64,000 nucleotides of DNA from a virus (lineage: Duplodnaviria > Caudoviricetes), in the IMG/VR virus record IMGVR_UViG_2890318599_000001, positions 655 through 64,654 of that record; one strand, 5' to 3'. Both the position numbers and the translations under genes were made by a program. Numbering within the stretch: the first letter of the stretch is position 1; each line of letters starts with the position of its first letter. Under the pieces are notes generated by a model, which ran no database searches, was not told where the DNA came from, and saw only the letters and a list, made by a program, of their open reading frames with translations. Below are positions 46,498 through 56,522 of the stretch, piece by piece.

Positions 46498-47122
46498 TTC
46501 TTATTTTTTTATTGATATTAACTCCCCAAGTGGGTGTATTTTTATGACATTTACGGCATAGGCATCTACCGTTTTCAACTTCAAAAATTCTTTCATTTAA
46601 CAATGCTTCTTCTATTGTTTTGATATTATCTTCAAACACAATCTTTGCTAATGGAATAATATGATCTGCATCAATCGTTATATTATTTCCAGCTTTTTTC
46701 ACATTGCAATGTGTACATGTAAACTGATCCTTTCTATAAACATCTCTTCTCCATTTTTTATATCTTTCGGTATTCCTTATTTGTAGAATGAGTGAACTAA
46801 TGCCGCCTTTCCAGTTTGGATTTCCAGGTCCTTTATTTATAATTCTCATTTTTTGTTTAGAATCTTCAGTATGTAGTTTGCCTTTAAAAGTTGATACACG
46901 TCCTTTTGTAACGACCTTCACTTTTACTCTTTGACAGAATCTGCACTTAGATACTAATCTATCCCACCTTGAATTGTCAATATTGAATAGTGCTTTTGAT
47001 ATCCATTTTCTACATTTAAAGCACCACTTTAACCCATTGCTTACTTGCTGGTTATAAAAGTCTAAGTTCATACCTTCCTTTTTACAGAATTGCTTAATCC
47101 GGCCTTCTCTTGTTGTCCCCAT
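46481..47122 (-). CDS. HNH homing endonuclease with NUMOD3-like motif
   Basis: KGKLHTEDSKQKM, NPNWKGG, CTHC...ADHIIP...NGRCLCRKCH. Confidence 0.85.
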   Translation of the reverse strand: MGTTREGRIKQFCKKEGMNLDFYNQQVSNGLKWCFKCRKWISKALFNIDNSRWDRLVSKCRFCQRVKVKVVTKGRVSTFKGKLHTEDSKQKMRIINKGPGNPNWKGGISSLILQIRNTERYKKWRRDVYRKDQFTCTHCNVKKAGNNITIDADHIIPLAKIVFEDNIKTIEEALLNERIFEVENGRCLCRKCHKNTPTWGVNINKKIRNGKRK

Positions 47123-47194
47123 CCTATATAATAGTTTATATAATTTAATTTTGTACCTTTGAGTTACTCTACTCTCCGAAGTGACCAAGGTTCC

Positions 47195-47279
47195 TTCGGT
47201 GTGTCAGAGTGGTTTATCGTGCTCGCCTTAGAAACGAGTGGCTGTAAAAGGTCCGCAGGTTCGAATCCTGTCGCCTCCG
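47195..47279 (+). tRNA. Degenerate class II tRNA (Ser-like body, UAG anticodon), probable pseudo-tRNA
   Basis: AGTGGTTTA D-loop, CTCGC-CTTAGAA-ACGAG arm, long variable arm, GCAGG-TTCGAAT-CCTGT, G73; first three acceptor pairs mismatched. Confidence 0.55.
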
Positions 47280-47287
47280 CAATAATT

Positions 47288-47309
47288 TGGCTCCTTCGGG
47301 AGCCACTTT
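47288..47309 (+). terminator. Hairpin downstream of the tRNA-like element
   Basis: tggctcc-ttcg-ggagcca. Confidence 0.6.
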
Positions 47310-47331
47310 GGATTTTAGGGCAGTAATAATT

Positions 47332-47793
47332 CTATTTCATTTTACGATAAGCTAAAGCAATCAATCCTGCATCTCTCATTTCCTGATTCGTCCGACCTTT
47401 CAATCCTGTTTGCTTTTCAAATTCTTGAGCTGTTATTTTCCTGTCTGGTCCCTTCCAGACCTTCAACAACGGTTTTATTTCCTTGAACGGAACTTTCAGA
47501 TGATCACACATTTCAGATATTTTTTTAGCCACTTCAAAGTTTGCTCCTGTCCTCTCCCCTATTTTGGCATTGATATTTGCAGTTCCCCGAATCTTATGCC
47601 AGTTGCCTTTATTAAGCCATCCGGCCTCTATTACGACGAGTTTTATGTTATCCTTGTGTTCTGTTAAGTATTTATACAATTCAAAGAATTTAAGGCAGGT
47701 TAATTCAAGTTCGTTGGTGACCTGATTTATTGTTGCTACACCTGAAGCATCAACATCAGGATCAATTCCTATTATCAAGGTTTTCATATCCAT
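47332..47793 (-). CDS. RuvC-like (RNase H fold) putative Holliday junction resolvase
   Basis: IIGIDPD...SG, VVIEA and RDAGLIA motifs. Confidence 0.7.
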   Translation of the reverse strand: MDMKTLIIGIDPDVDASGVATINQVTNELELTCLKFFELYKYLTEHKDNIKLVVIEAGWLNKGNWHKIRGTANINAKIGERTGANFEVAKKISEMCDHLKVPFKEIKPLLKVWKGPDRKITAQEFEKQTGLKGRTNQEMRDAGLIALAYRKMK

Positions 47794-48104
47794 TAGCTGA
47801 CCTTTGCCATATCATGAATGGTTTTCAATTGCCGTACAACATGTGCGATAGGTTTACTATGGTAATCCTTAATAACCTCCGATATCGCCTTAATGATGGG
47901 ACCTGATTCACTTTTGTTTGCAGATTCAATTACTGCCCTTTCAAATTGTTTCTTAGAATTTGCCGTTTCACTTTCAGCCACCTGCTCCAGATATCTCATA
48001 ACCCTCCCCGAACGTGACTTTGTATGCTCCGGAAGCGTGAAACCAAACTGTGCGGTAAGCAAGTCACGTAAACGATTATAGTTTTCTATTGATTTAGTAT
48101 TCAT
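47793..48104 (-). CDS. Hypothetical protein
   Basis: 103-aa ORF tightly packed in the operon. Confidence 0.6.
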   Translation of the reverse strand: MNTKSIENYNRLRDLLTAQFGFTLPEHTKSRSGRVMRYLEQVAESETANSKKQFERAVIESANKSESGPIIKAISEVIKDYHSKPIAHVVRQLKTIHDMAKVS

Positions 48105-48291
48105 TGTCTGATTTTGATTTAATTATTAAATAAACTTTCGTCCCTTCCATCAAATGTGGGCCAATACCGTCCATTATTTTCAATAACACCAACTCATCCT
48201 CTTCCAAACGTTCTATCACATTTGGATTGTCGGAAAGGGAAATAGGGACATTGGTAACATGGCCGTTGGGATGGTGTATTTCGATTCTCAT
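48094..48291 (-). CDS. Hypothetical protein
   Basis: 65-aa ORF directly after dnaB. Confidence 0.55.
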   Translation of the reverse strand: MRIEIHHPNGHVTNVPISLSDNPNVIERLEEDELVLLKIMDGIGPHLMEGTKVYLIIKSKSDNEY

Positions 48292-49785
48292 TTAAAATGG
48301 TGCATCGTCAAACGCCTGCATCTTCTTACCCTCTATCCTTTCATCTGGTGAGGAGGTTGGCATACCGGCAAATGGCTTAAAAGTTGTATTGCGCCCCATG
48401 TAGGCATTTGCTTCCGAGGGGTTCATCCACTTCTGTATATTTCCAAAAAACTTGCATTCCTCCATATCCCCTAAACTGCCATTCCTATGTTTTGCTATTT
48501 TTATGACATTTTTTATCTGGCCGCTTTCGGCATCTTTGGGATGGTGGATAAACATTACTATATCAGCATCCTGTTCTATGGCACCGGATTCTCTTAAATC
48601 GGAAAGCATAGGCTCCTTATCACTTCTTTTTTCAACATCACGGCTCATCTGTGAAAGCGCTATTACCGGTATATCCAATTCTTTGGCAATACCTTTCAGC
48701 CCACGCGATATCTTGCTTATTTCCTGTTCACGGTTGCCTCCCTTTGTTTCGCCGGCCATCAGCTGCAGATAGTCGATAATCAGCAATCCGATATTGTGTT
48801 TCCTTTTTAACCTCTTGGCGCGGGCGCGGAGTTGGGTAATCGAAACCCCAAATGTTTCATCTATGTGAATATTCTTGCTTGCTATGATGTTTAAAGTCTG
48901 GTCAATATGTGATGTTTCGATATCAGAGAGCTGCCCTTTTGTTATTTTTTCCAGCTCTATCAGAGACAAAGCGGAAACAACTCTTTTCATAAGTTGATCA
49001 GCTCCCATCTCAAGGCTGAATATTGCTACCGGTACAGGGTCTTCACCGACGGTAGCATTCAAGGCAAGGTTTAAAGCAAAAGCAGTCTTTCCAACGGAAG
49101 GCCTTGCAGCAAGAATAATTAAATCCGTATTTTGCCAGCCACCGGTTTTATCATTGAGCCATGAATAACCTGTATTTACTCCGGTAATGTCTTTCTTGTT
49201 TTCTTTTGCAGCCTGAAGATTTTCCATGAAGGGAATAATCAAATCCCTGATGGGTTTAGCTTCCGATATATCACCTTCCGAAATAATCCTGATTAGTTCT
49301 TGATCTGCGGCATGCACTATATCGTTTAATGATTCACCATTTTCATAAGACAATGCCATTAATTCGCCGGCAACCTTTATCGATTCACGTCTCTTATAAC
49401 ATTCCAGAATATCTTCAGCATGGGAGAGGATTGTGTGATCAAATACTGTCTTGTCTGATAATTTTGTAAGGAAATAACCACCGCCAATCAATTCAAGGTT
49501 ACCTGAATTTGAAAGCTCCGTAGTTACACCAACAAGATCAACTTTCTGGCCCTTACCGTTCATGGTGAGGATTGCATCATAAATCCTCTGATGAGCATCG
49601 AGATAAAAGCATTCACCGGATTTAAGGATTTCCATTACCTCTATCAATCTTCCGGAACCGTTAATCAGCTGACTCAGTACTGCAGATTCCGCCTCTTTGT
49701 TTTGAGGGGGAATTTTGCCGTACATTGGCTGAATAACAGGTTTCTTTTGGCTATTGATCAATTTATTTAATTTAATTGTTTCCAC
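48292..49785 (-). CDS. dnaB: Replicative DNA helicase
   Basis: AARPSVGKT, FSLEMG, IDYLQLM, LSQMSR, DLRESGAIEQDAD, AKHRNG. Confidence 0.95.
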   Translation of the reverse strand: METIKLNKLINSQKKPVIQPMYGKIPPQNKEAESAVLSQLINGSGRLIEVMEILKSGECFYLDAHQRIYDAILTMNGKGQKVDLVGVTTELSNSGNLELIGGGYFLTKLSDKTVFDHTILSHAEDILECYKRRESIKVAGELMALSYENGESLNDIVHAADQELIRIISEGDISEAKPIRDLIIPFMENLQAAKENKKDITGVNTGYSWLNDKTGGWQNTDLIILAARPSVGKTAFALNLALNATVGEDPVPVAIFSLEMGADQLMKRVVSALSLIELEKITKGQLSDIETSHIDQTLNIIASKNIHIDETFGVSITQLRARAKRLKRKHNIGLLIIDYLQLMAGETKGGNREQEISKISRGLKGIAKELDIPVIALSQMSRDVEKRSDKEPMLSDLRESGAIEQDADIVMFIHHPKDAESGQIKNVIKIAKHRNGSLGDMEECKFFGNIQKWMNPSEANAYMGRNTTFKPFAGMPTSSPDERIEGKKMQAFDDAPF

Positions 49786-50494
49786 GGTTATACCAGTTTG
49801 TAAAAGTGTAATAGGCCGAATTATTCTTTTGATTCAGTAATTTCCAATTGTGCATTTTTAAACAAAGCGACATTATTTCCTCCGATGTACATTTTTCTTT
49901 CAGTTTTAGAAATTGCTCCTGCGTAAATGGCTCTTTCATTTTGGTAACAGCCGGCGCCTTATCCAATAGCCATGCCTGAAATTTTATAAAAGAATCATCG
50001 GAAAGAATTGGCTGTGTCTGAGTTTCGTCAGAAACAATCTCTTCTTTTTCTTTACTTTCCTTTACTTTACTTTTCTTTCCATTTATTGCATTGCTTTTGG
50101 TTTGCTTTTGTAATGCATTTGCATTGGAATTGCTTTCTTCTTTTGATTTATTCCATCTCTCGTGGGCTGCCTGGCTTCTTTTTTGAGATATTTCTTCTTT
50201 AATATCCATCCTTCTTTTAAGACTTTCGGAGTAGAAACACTTACCACATTCGGTAAAGGAGAATAACCCGAAATCATTAATAATGGATTTTATTTTGGCG
50301 GAATCGGAACGAAGGTCATAGGCTATAACATTATAATCACAGACACTCGTATAGTTCTCGCACTCTCTTAATTTTTCAATAATTGCCCAAAAAAGCCCAT
50401 AGCCCTCCCACCCTAACTTCATCCTTAAAGCCACCGTCTTATCATCTCCCCGCGCATTACTATCGTGAGAAAAGTAAAATTTGTCCTTTGCCAT
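49772..50494 (-). CDS. Phage replication initiator (DUF4373/Lin1244-like N-terminal domain)
   Basis: YFSHDSNAR.D...GWEGYGLFW.IIE; upstream of and overlapping dnaB. Confidence 0.8.
   Translation of the reverse strand: MAKDKFYFSHDSNARGDDKTVALRMKLGWEGYGLFWAIIEKLRECENYTSVCDYNVIAYDLRSDSAKIKSIINDFGLFSFTECGKCFYSESLKRRMDIKEEISQKRSQAAHERWNKSKEESNSNANALQKQTKSNAINGKKSKVKESKEKEEIVSDETQTQPILSDDSFIKFQAWLLDKAPAVTKMKEPFTQEQFLKLKEKCTSEEIMSLCLKMHNWKLLNQKNNSAYYTFTNWYNRGNN
50040..50150. repeat. Iteron-like short repeats inside the initiator gene (putative origin)
   Basis: Clustered tgcatt / ttgcttt repeats and a ttttc/tttac tract; analogous position to the lambda ori inside gene O. Confidence 0.4.
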
Positions 50495-50503
50495 TTCATA
50501 TTT

Positions 50504-50686
50504 TTAACTTGCTTCAAATAATTCTTGTTGCGGGTTCCTTGGTTTCATTTCCTGTTTTATTACGTTGTCCAGGATTGCTTCATATTTTTTCATCCGCTTT
50601 CTAACATTACCATCACGGGTCAATTCATACTTCTTCTGAAGCTGCCTGACTTCGAAAACAAGTAATATGAATTGTGCCGGTGTCAT
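50504..50686 (-). CDS. Small phage protein
   Basis: F...V...RQLQKKY motif, ends QQELF. Confidence 0.6.
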   Translation of the reverse strand: MTPAQFILLVFEVRQLQKKYELTRDGNVRKRMKKYEAILDNVIKQEMKPRNPQQELFEAS

Positions 50687-52707
50687 CAGGCAACTTTTTT
50701 AATATTACTTCTTTGTAATGACAATTCATTAATGGCCAGTGTCATCCTGTTTGTCCATGCCATTACAACATGCGGCACGACACTATTACCAATAAATTTC
50801 TTCTGGTCTGTTTGGTTGCCATGCAATTTATAGTCGGCAGGGAAACCCTGAATTTTAAGAAGCTCAACAACTTTGAGCATGCGCATTTTAATATCAACAA
50901 TGCCGTACAAAGCCATGAATTCTTTAATTTTTACCACAATCGGCAAATCATCATCATAAACCTGAATTGCTATCTGGCCGGTTTCAGCATTTATAAGATA
51001 AAGTGGCGCCTTATCCTGTCTTGCGACAATAACTGGACAGGGCTTATCAATGCTGCCATTAGCACCGCCCCATGAAGGGTTCACTAAATATGCCCACTTT
51101 CTGTTAGCCGTAATTGTTGGTGCAGGCTGTTCAATAGAAGTAGGAGTATTAGCGTAATTGGTGTTCATTACAAATGCGGTTACAATGTTCATCTTCGGGA
51201 CAGTCATTAATGCCCCTGCAGGTTGTTCTACGCTTTGATGCTGCCCGCCTCCTGAAAAGTTACGGTCAATAAAATGCTGTGTGCTGACAAGACAATGCTT
51301 ATCGTTTGCAAGAATACTGCCTGCAGGCTGCTCCAGGGACTGATGATTGTCTGCCCCTCCATATTGCTTATCCAGAAACTGAGGATGAATGATACTCAGT
51401 TTGTCCTTACAGGTAAGCGTTGGACAAGGGTCGTTTATATCATTGGTACTGGAGCTGTGATGATAATTCACCAGATAATTTGGGTGGACCAATGCACATC
51501 TGTCTTTTGTAGGTATGGTCGGCGCCGGTTCATTGACGCTTGAATTGTTATCTCCATTTCCATAATAAGCGTGTAAGAAAGCAGCCTGAATTAAATCCTG
51601 ATTTCCACCGGTAGATGTTAGCGTTCTTGCGGGTCCTTCAATATCCACAATCTTGCTTTCAGGATCACCGCTATTTCTTTGGGATATAAAGGAGGCCTGT
51701 ACCAATGCCTGGCTGTCAATACATTTAATTGTTCCGGCAGGGCCCTCAACTGAAATGTTTTTACCATCAGGATCACCAGAAAAATACTTGGAAATGAATG
51801 CTACACCTAATCTGTTTTGACAGGCTATTGTCGGACAAGGAGCGTCTGTTGATGGTGGATGGTGTACTCCGGCAGAGGTAGTCGAATTGTATTTTAAAAT
51901 AAAGTTTTCTTTACCCCCTGCAATATGTTTAATCAGTCCGGCATAAATGCGATCGAATGTTTTTGGAGAAAGTTCCTTTTTTCTTCTGAAAATGCTTTTA
52001 CCCTCATCTGAAAAATCCAGAACGTCTTTCACCGGCATCCACTTTTTTAAAGGAGTGTCAAACAACTCAGTTGATTCTGAAACTTTCTTTGAATGGGTTG
52101 GTTCAGGCCAAACAATCGGTAATCCTTCTTTAGCAAAGCATCCAAATAGCCTGTTTCGGCTGGTGTAAGCCCCAAAATCAGCACTATTCATTTGTTTCCA
52201 CTCGTCACGATATCCATAAGAACATAATCGGTTACGCCACCTGTTCCAATCGGTACCGTTCTTTCTGCTGACTGGTTTCCCTTTGGCATCTAATGGCCCC
52301 CAACTCATAAACTCGACCACATTCTCAATCTGAACGTAATCAGGCTTTATAGCAAGGATGTAACGGTCCAGGAAATCAGCGAGCGTCCTACTATCTGCAT
52401 CACGCGGTTGACCACCTTTAGCCTTGCTGAAATTGGTACACTCAAGGGATGCCCAAAGGATAAGTTTTGCTTTTGGGTATTTCCGCCGGTAATGCCTGAC
52501 AATATGTTTTAATCCGGCAAGATGTAATGTCCTTATATCTTCCTCAAAGTGTGCAACTTCCGGGTGGTTTGCCCAATGGCTTTTTATTGCAATAGGATCA
52601 TGGTTAACACATGCGATTACCTTCGCCTTTCCATCAGTCATAGAAAAACCTTGAGTCGTCCCGCCTGCGCCACAAAACAAATCGACTACTAAAAATGTTG
52701 GTGTCAT
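50686..52707 (-). CDS. C5 DNA cytosine methyltransferase with tandem repeat insert
   Basis: DLFCGAGG, ASLECTNFS, IENV.EF, RNRLF, IQGFP, IGNSV; repeated S...PA.TI units. Confidence 0.9.
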   Translation of the reverse strand: MTPTFLVVDLFCGAGGTTQGFSMTDGKAKVIACVNHDPIAIKSHWANHPEVAHFEEDIRTLHLAGLKHIVRHYRRKYPKAKLILWASLECTNFSKAKGGQPRDADSRTLADFLDRYILAIKPDYVQIENVVEFMSWGPLDAKGKPVSRKNGTDWNRWRNRLCSYGYRDEWKQMNSADFGAYTSRNRLFGCFAKEGLPIVWPEPTHSKKVSESTELFDTPLKKWMPVKDVLDFSDEGKSIFRRKKELSPKTFDRIYAGLIKHIAGGKENFILKYNSTTSAGVHHPPSTDAPCPTIACQNRLGVAFISKYFSGDPDGKNISVEGPAGTIKCIDSQALVQASFISQRNSGDPESKIVDIEGPARTLTSTGGNQDLIQAAFLHAYYGNGDNNSSVNEPAPTIPTKDRCALVHPNYLVNYHHSSSTNDINDPCPTLTCKDKLSIIHPQFLDKQYGGADNHQSLEQPAGSILANDKHCLVSTQHFIDRNFSGGGQHQSVEQPAGALMTVPKMNIVTAFVMNTNYANTPTSIEQPAPTITANRKWAYLVNPSWGGANGSIDKPCPVIVARQDKAPLYLINAETGQIAIQVYDDDLPIVVKIKEFMALYGIVDIKMRMLKVVELLKIQGFPADYKLHGNQTDQKKFIGNSVVPHVVMAWTNRMTLAINELSLQRSNIKKVA

Positions 52708-55361
52708 GCTCTATTTTCTAATAAATCAAATAATGAGGGAATACCCACTTGTTGCGTTGCTGCCTGACAATGAGAGGCACCATCTAAAAAGTAAGAAGGG
52801 TTAAGTTCGCAGGCCATTCCAAATCGTTTCAAAAGAATGGACCAGTATGGAACAGTCATCAGCCCACCGAAAGGGTCATACACGATATCACCTTCATTGC
52901 TCATCTGGGTAATTACCCTTTTTACAATATCAAATTGCATCGGGCACAAGTGCATTTCCTTTCCTTTGCTCCATTGCTTACCGTTAAGGGTAAGCATCCG
53001 CGTTATATCTGTCCATACTTCGTCGCTCCAGCTCTGGGGTTGGAGGAGCATAAAAGAAGGGGGTAATTTCCCTTTTTGCTCCAACAGTTCACCAACCCTT
53101 ACATGATGTTCAAAATTGTAAACTTCTTCAAGGCTGTGTTTTTTATAAAGCTTGAAAACCTCATCCGCTTTTAGGGACCATAAATCTTCAGGATCAATGA
53201 GCCTGTCGCCTGAACTTCGCGTGAAGCCATGGGCATCCACCTGCCATTTCGCAATACTGTAACCACTTTCAAGTTTGATTGGAAATTTAAGATCCCTGTC
53301 ATAAGGTATCAGGTTTCCTTCAGGAGTAACCATTACGGGCTTCCTTTTCAGTACCGGTTCATCGGCGTATGCATTACTAGTATCTGTCGGCGGCTTACGG
53401 AAAAGCAGAAGGTATTCGGGCATACCGACTCCCATCTTGCTGCCATCCTTACATTGCTCTGACCATCCTAAACGGTATGTTTGATTATTTTCCCTTACTA
53501 CGTCGGTAACAATAGTTTTCATGCCCATATAGGCGAAGCCATGTTTAACCATATGCTGAATGCAATCAATGTGAAAAGGATAAGTTGTCTGGAACCCTAA
53601 GCCTGTAATGCCAGCCGGTATTATCCTGTCTTTGACATGCAGGGCATATATACGACCTGGTTTCAGCACCCTAAATGTATCAGGAGTCAGATAGTCCATT
53701 TGCCTAAAGAATTCTGCATTGCTTTCCGAATGGCCAAAATCCGCGTAGTTAGGGGAATACTCATATTGATTGGAAAATGGCCATGAGGTAAGTATTAAAC
53801 CGACGCTGTTAGTTTCTATATTCTTCGTTTCCGGAACATTATCATTTTGGAATATGGCAAATTTGTCGGTACGTATTTCTTTGCGCTCTATGCCCATTTT
53901 ACGCGTGAGCTGCTGGGCCATTGCCGCTTGTGAAAGCCCAAATTTCTTTACGATATCTATCATCTTTTGAACCAGTTTATTGTGTTGTTTCCATTTGCGC
54001 TCAAGAGTCCTGCGGACCTCTCTTTCTGCCTCTGTATAAATAAGATCTACCCTTACCTGATTTTTTTGCAGGAAACGTAGTAACCTGTGTATGCTTTGAA
54101 TGAATTCATTGAACTTAAAACCAATACCCATGTAGATTGCCCATGAACAATATTTTTGAAGGTTGGTACCGGAACCAAGCATGGAAGGTTTCCCCCCGAT
54201 TTCAGGAATTAAACCGTTTGAGAAATCAGAAACAATTTGTTCTCTCAATTCAAGTGGTTGGTTACCAAAAACTGTTTTGATGGAAGGGATTGATTTTTCC
54301 AATGACTCCCGCTCAGATTCAAGGTCATGCCAGATAACACGATGTGCGGATAAATCCTCCAGGCGTAATTCAAGTACTTTTTTGATTCTTGCAGGCAGGC
54401 TTTCCCTTTTTTCTTTTGATGCTCCCTGTAGACCAAGTGCCAGACTACGGAATAAAAGGCCTTGGCCACTCTTTTCGGTACCGGTATCTTCATGGTTACT
54501 TGTAAGCTCATGCCACCTTAAATCAAGTTCAGGTAATATATATCCTTCATCATCTGCGGGATTACCGGTAAGGTCTGATGGCTTCGTGACAAATAAAGCC
54601 CATGATGCAACCCACAGCCAGAATTCCTCCTCTTTGCTCTCCAATAATGTCAGGTTATCTGCTTTTGTGCTATCCCTTTTGAAGAACCTTGTTTTTGCCT
54701 GGCTAACATCCATTACCCCAAGGAAATCTGCGTATGCCAATAGCTCTATATAATCGTTTGGTGACGGTGTAGCGGTAGCAACAAATCTATACATCACGCA
54801 TTGTACACCACGCCTATTACCATTAGGCCCTGCATCACCTGTAAACAATCTCATGAATTCACGGAAAGTTTTCGATCCTCCAAATCCCCGAAGAATGGAC
54901 GCTTCATCAAGAGATACCACATCAAAATATCTTGGGTCTATCTTGCCATCACGTATCGTCTCATAGTTAGTCAGGTAGATATCGTTATCATCTTCAATTT
55001 CTGATAAGCACCTGATGAATTTTGGAAGTTTGTTCCATCCAAGGATGTCTCTGGCGTCATTTATAAATTCAGCCCTGACACCCAATGGGCAAACAATCAA
55101 TCCCTTCCCACTTGTAAGCCTGCCGGCCTTTCCTAATTCGCGAAGCGTACAAAGAACTGTTTCAAGCTGTGTAACCGTCTTATGCAATCCGAAATTTGCA
55201 AAACACGCAGCCCTCCCATTCTCTACCAGCCATTTTACCATTAGCTTGTTATGTGGCTTTAACCTTGGGTTTATTTCGTCTACTCCAATTGAAAAGCCAT
55301 TGGAAGCGGCAAGTCTTACCTTGTTTTTCAGGAATTGGTCATATGGTATTGTCGGTGTCAT
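52704..55361 (-). CDS. SNF2-like helicase fused to an N4-C/N6-A DNA methyltransferase
   Basis: GLHKT, LDEAS and TATPSPND helicase motifs; TSWPF, HLCPMQ and DPFGG methyltransferase motifs. Confidence 0.85.
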   Translation of the reverse strand: MTPTIPYDQFLKNKVRLAASNGFSIGVDEINPRLKPHNKLMVKWLVENGRAACFANFGLHKTVTQLETVLCTLRELGKAGRLTSGKGLIVCPLGVRAEFINDARDILGWNKLPKFIRCLSEIEDDNDIYLTNYETIRDGKIDPRYFDVVSLDEASILRGFGGSKTFREFMRLFTGDAGPNGNRRGVQCVMYRFVATATPSPNDYIELLAYADFLGVMDVSQAKTRFFKRDSTKADNLTLLESKEEEFWLWVASWALFVTKPSDLTGNPADDEGYILPELDLRWHELTSNHEDTGTEKSGQGLLFRSLALGLQGASKEKRESLPARIKKVLELRLEDLSAHRVIWHDLESERESLEKSIPSIKTVFGNQPLELREQIVSDFSNGLIPEIGGKPSMLGSGTNLQKYCSWAIYMGIGFKFNEFIQSIHRLLRFLQKNQVRVDLIYTEAEREVRRTLERKWKQHNKLVQKMIDIVKKFGLSQAAMAQQLTRKMGIERKEIRTDKFAIFQNDNVPETKNIETNSVGLILTSWPFSNQYEYSPNYADFGHSESNAEFFRQMDYLTPDTFRVLKPGRIYALHVKDRIIPAGITGLGFQTTYPFHIDCIQHMVKHGFAYMGMKTIVTDVVRENNQTYRLGWSEQCKDGSKMGVGMPEYLLLFRKPPTDTSNAYADEPVLKRKPVMVTPEGNLIPYDRDLKFPIKLESGYSIAKWQVDAHGFTRSSGDRLIDPEDLWSLKADEVFKLYKKHSLEEVYNFEHHVRVGELLEQKGKLPPSFMLLQPQSWSDEVWTDITRMLTLNGKQWSKGKEMHLCPMQFDIVKRVITQMSNEGDIVYDPFGGLMTVPYWSILLKRFGMACELNPSYFLDGASHCQAATQQVGIPSLFDLLENRA

Positions 55362-56522
55362 CTATGCTGCTTTTTTAAACGGTACGTCTGTTAGTTGTTT
55401 GCCCTGATTGGCAATGTATAATTGTCCTTTTCTATCCTCCTTAATCAACATTGTTTCAATTTTTCCAAATAGTTCTATGTTGCCTCCCAAATCCACGAAC
55501 CAGCCTGAATTCTTATCTTTATGTGGCCTCATTATCCTGCCGATAATCTGATAGTATAATGCCAGTGACATTGTAGACCTTGCCATAAGCACCGCTTCCA
55601 ATTCCGGATAATCAAATCCTGTAGTAAGCACTCCGACGTTTATAACACACCTTATCTTACCTGACTTGAAGTCTTTTAATATGCGGGACCTCTCTCCTCC
55701 TTCTGTTTCACCGGTAATAACTACAGAACCGGGTATGCCTTTTGCCACTTTGTTTGCCTCACTTATAAGCGTACAGAATACAAGCAGGTTCTTTCTTTTA
55801 CTCAACAGCCAATTGGCATATTTAACAGTCAGGCCGGACATGTTGACTTTCTTTTGCATTTCACGAATGGATGCTTCCGTAAAATCAGTTCCCGAACTAT
55901 TCAGGGTAAGCAAATTCCTGTCATAGGCCTTTATAGAGAAATATTCAAGCTTGGCCAGGTGCCCTTCATTGAACAGCGTTTCTGTCTGTACATAATAGCT
56001 GACATTGGTAAACACCCTTGGATAAGTCCTTGTAAGGAATTTCAATTCTGCGCCTTCCGCTCCTGTTGATAATCTATAAGGCGTGGCTGTCATCCCGAGT
56101 ATCTTAGCCTGTGGCATCCGGTCAAAGAACTGTTTGTACATACCATCATCTGAATTAACTAAATGGCATTCGTCGATTATGATATTTTTGACATCTTTAA
56201 AAAGGTGTGCCTTTTTTGCAATGCTGCCAATCGTTGCAAACGTTACAACATCCAGATACTTCTGGCCGGCTGATGCAGAGTATATACCTGCCCGAAAACC
56301 GTAACTCCTGTATTTGGCAACGTTCTGTTCAAGAATTTCTTTTGACGGCTGCAGTACTAATGTCTTACCATGGGCACCTTTCGCGATGTTTGCGATGATT
56401 ACAGATTTTCCGGAACCGGTAGGATAGATTTGTAACGTATTACGATATGTTGTGTAATTATTGAAAAATGACACAGCTATATCAATCCCTTCCTGCTGGT
56501 ACCACCTTGGACTGAATATCAC
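55362..56522 (-). CDS. SF2 DEAD/DEAH-like helicase (RadD/YejH-like)
   Basis: PTGSGKS, IIDECH, GMTATPYR, LTTGFD, QIIGRIMR. Confidence 0.9.
   Translation of the reverse strand: MIFSPRWYQQEGIDIAVSFFNNYTTYRNTLQIYPTGSGKSVIIANIAKGAHGKTLVLQPSKEILEQNVAKYRSYGFRAGIYSASAGQKYLDVVTFATIGSIAKKAHLFKDVKNIIIDECHLVNSDDGMYKQFFDRMPQAKILGMTATPYRLSTGAEGAELKFLTRTYPRVFTNVSYYVQTETLFNEGHLAKLEYFSIKAYDRNLLTLNSSGTDFTEASIREMQKKVNMSGLTVKYANWLLSKRKNLLVFCTLISEANKVAKGIPGSVVITGETEGGERSRILKDFKSGKIRCVINVGVLTTGFDYPELEAVLMARSTMSLALYYQIIGRIMRPHKDKNSGWFVDLGGNIELFGKIETMLIKEDRKGQLYIANQGKQLTDVPFKKAA

Noticed and set aside
47195-47279. tRNA-like sequence as a prophage integration boundary
   Set aside because: Phage genes continue in the same orientation on both sides
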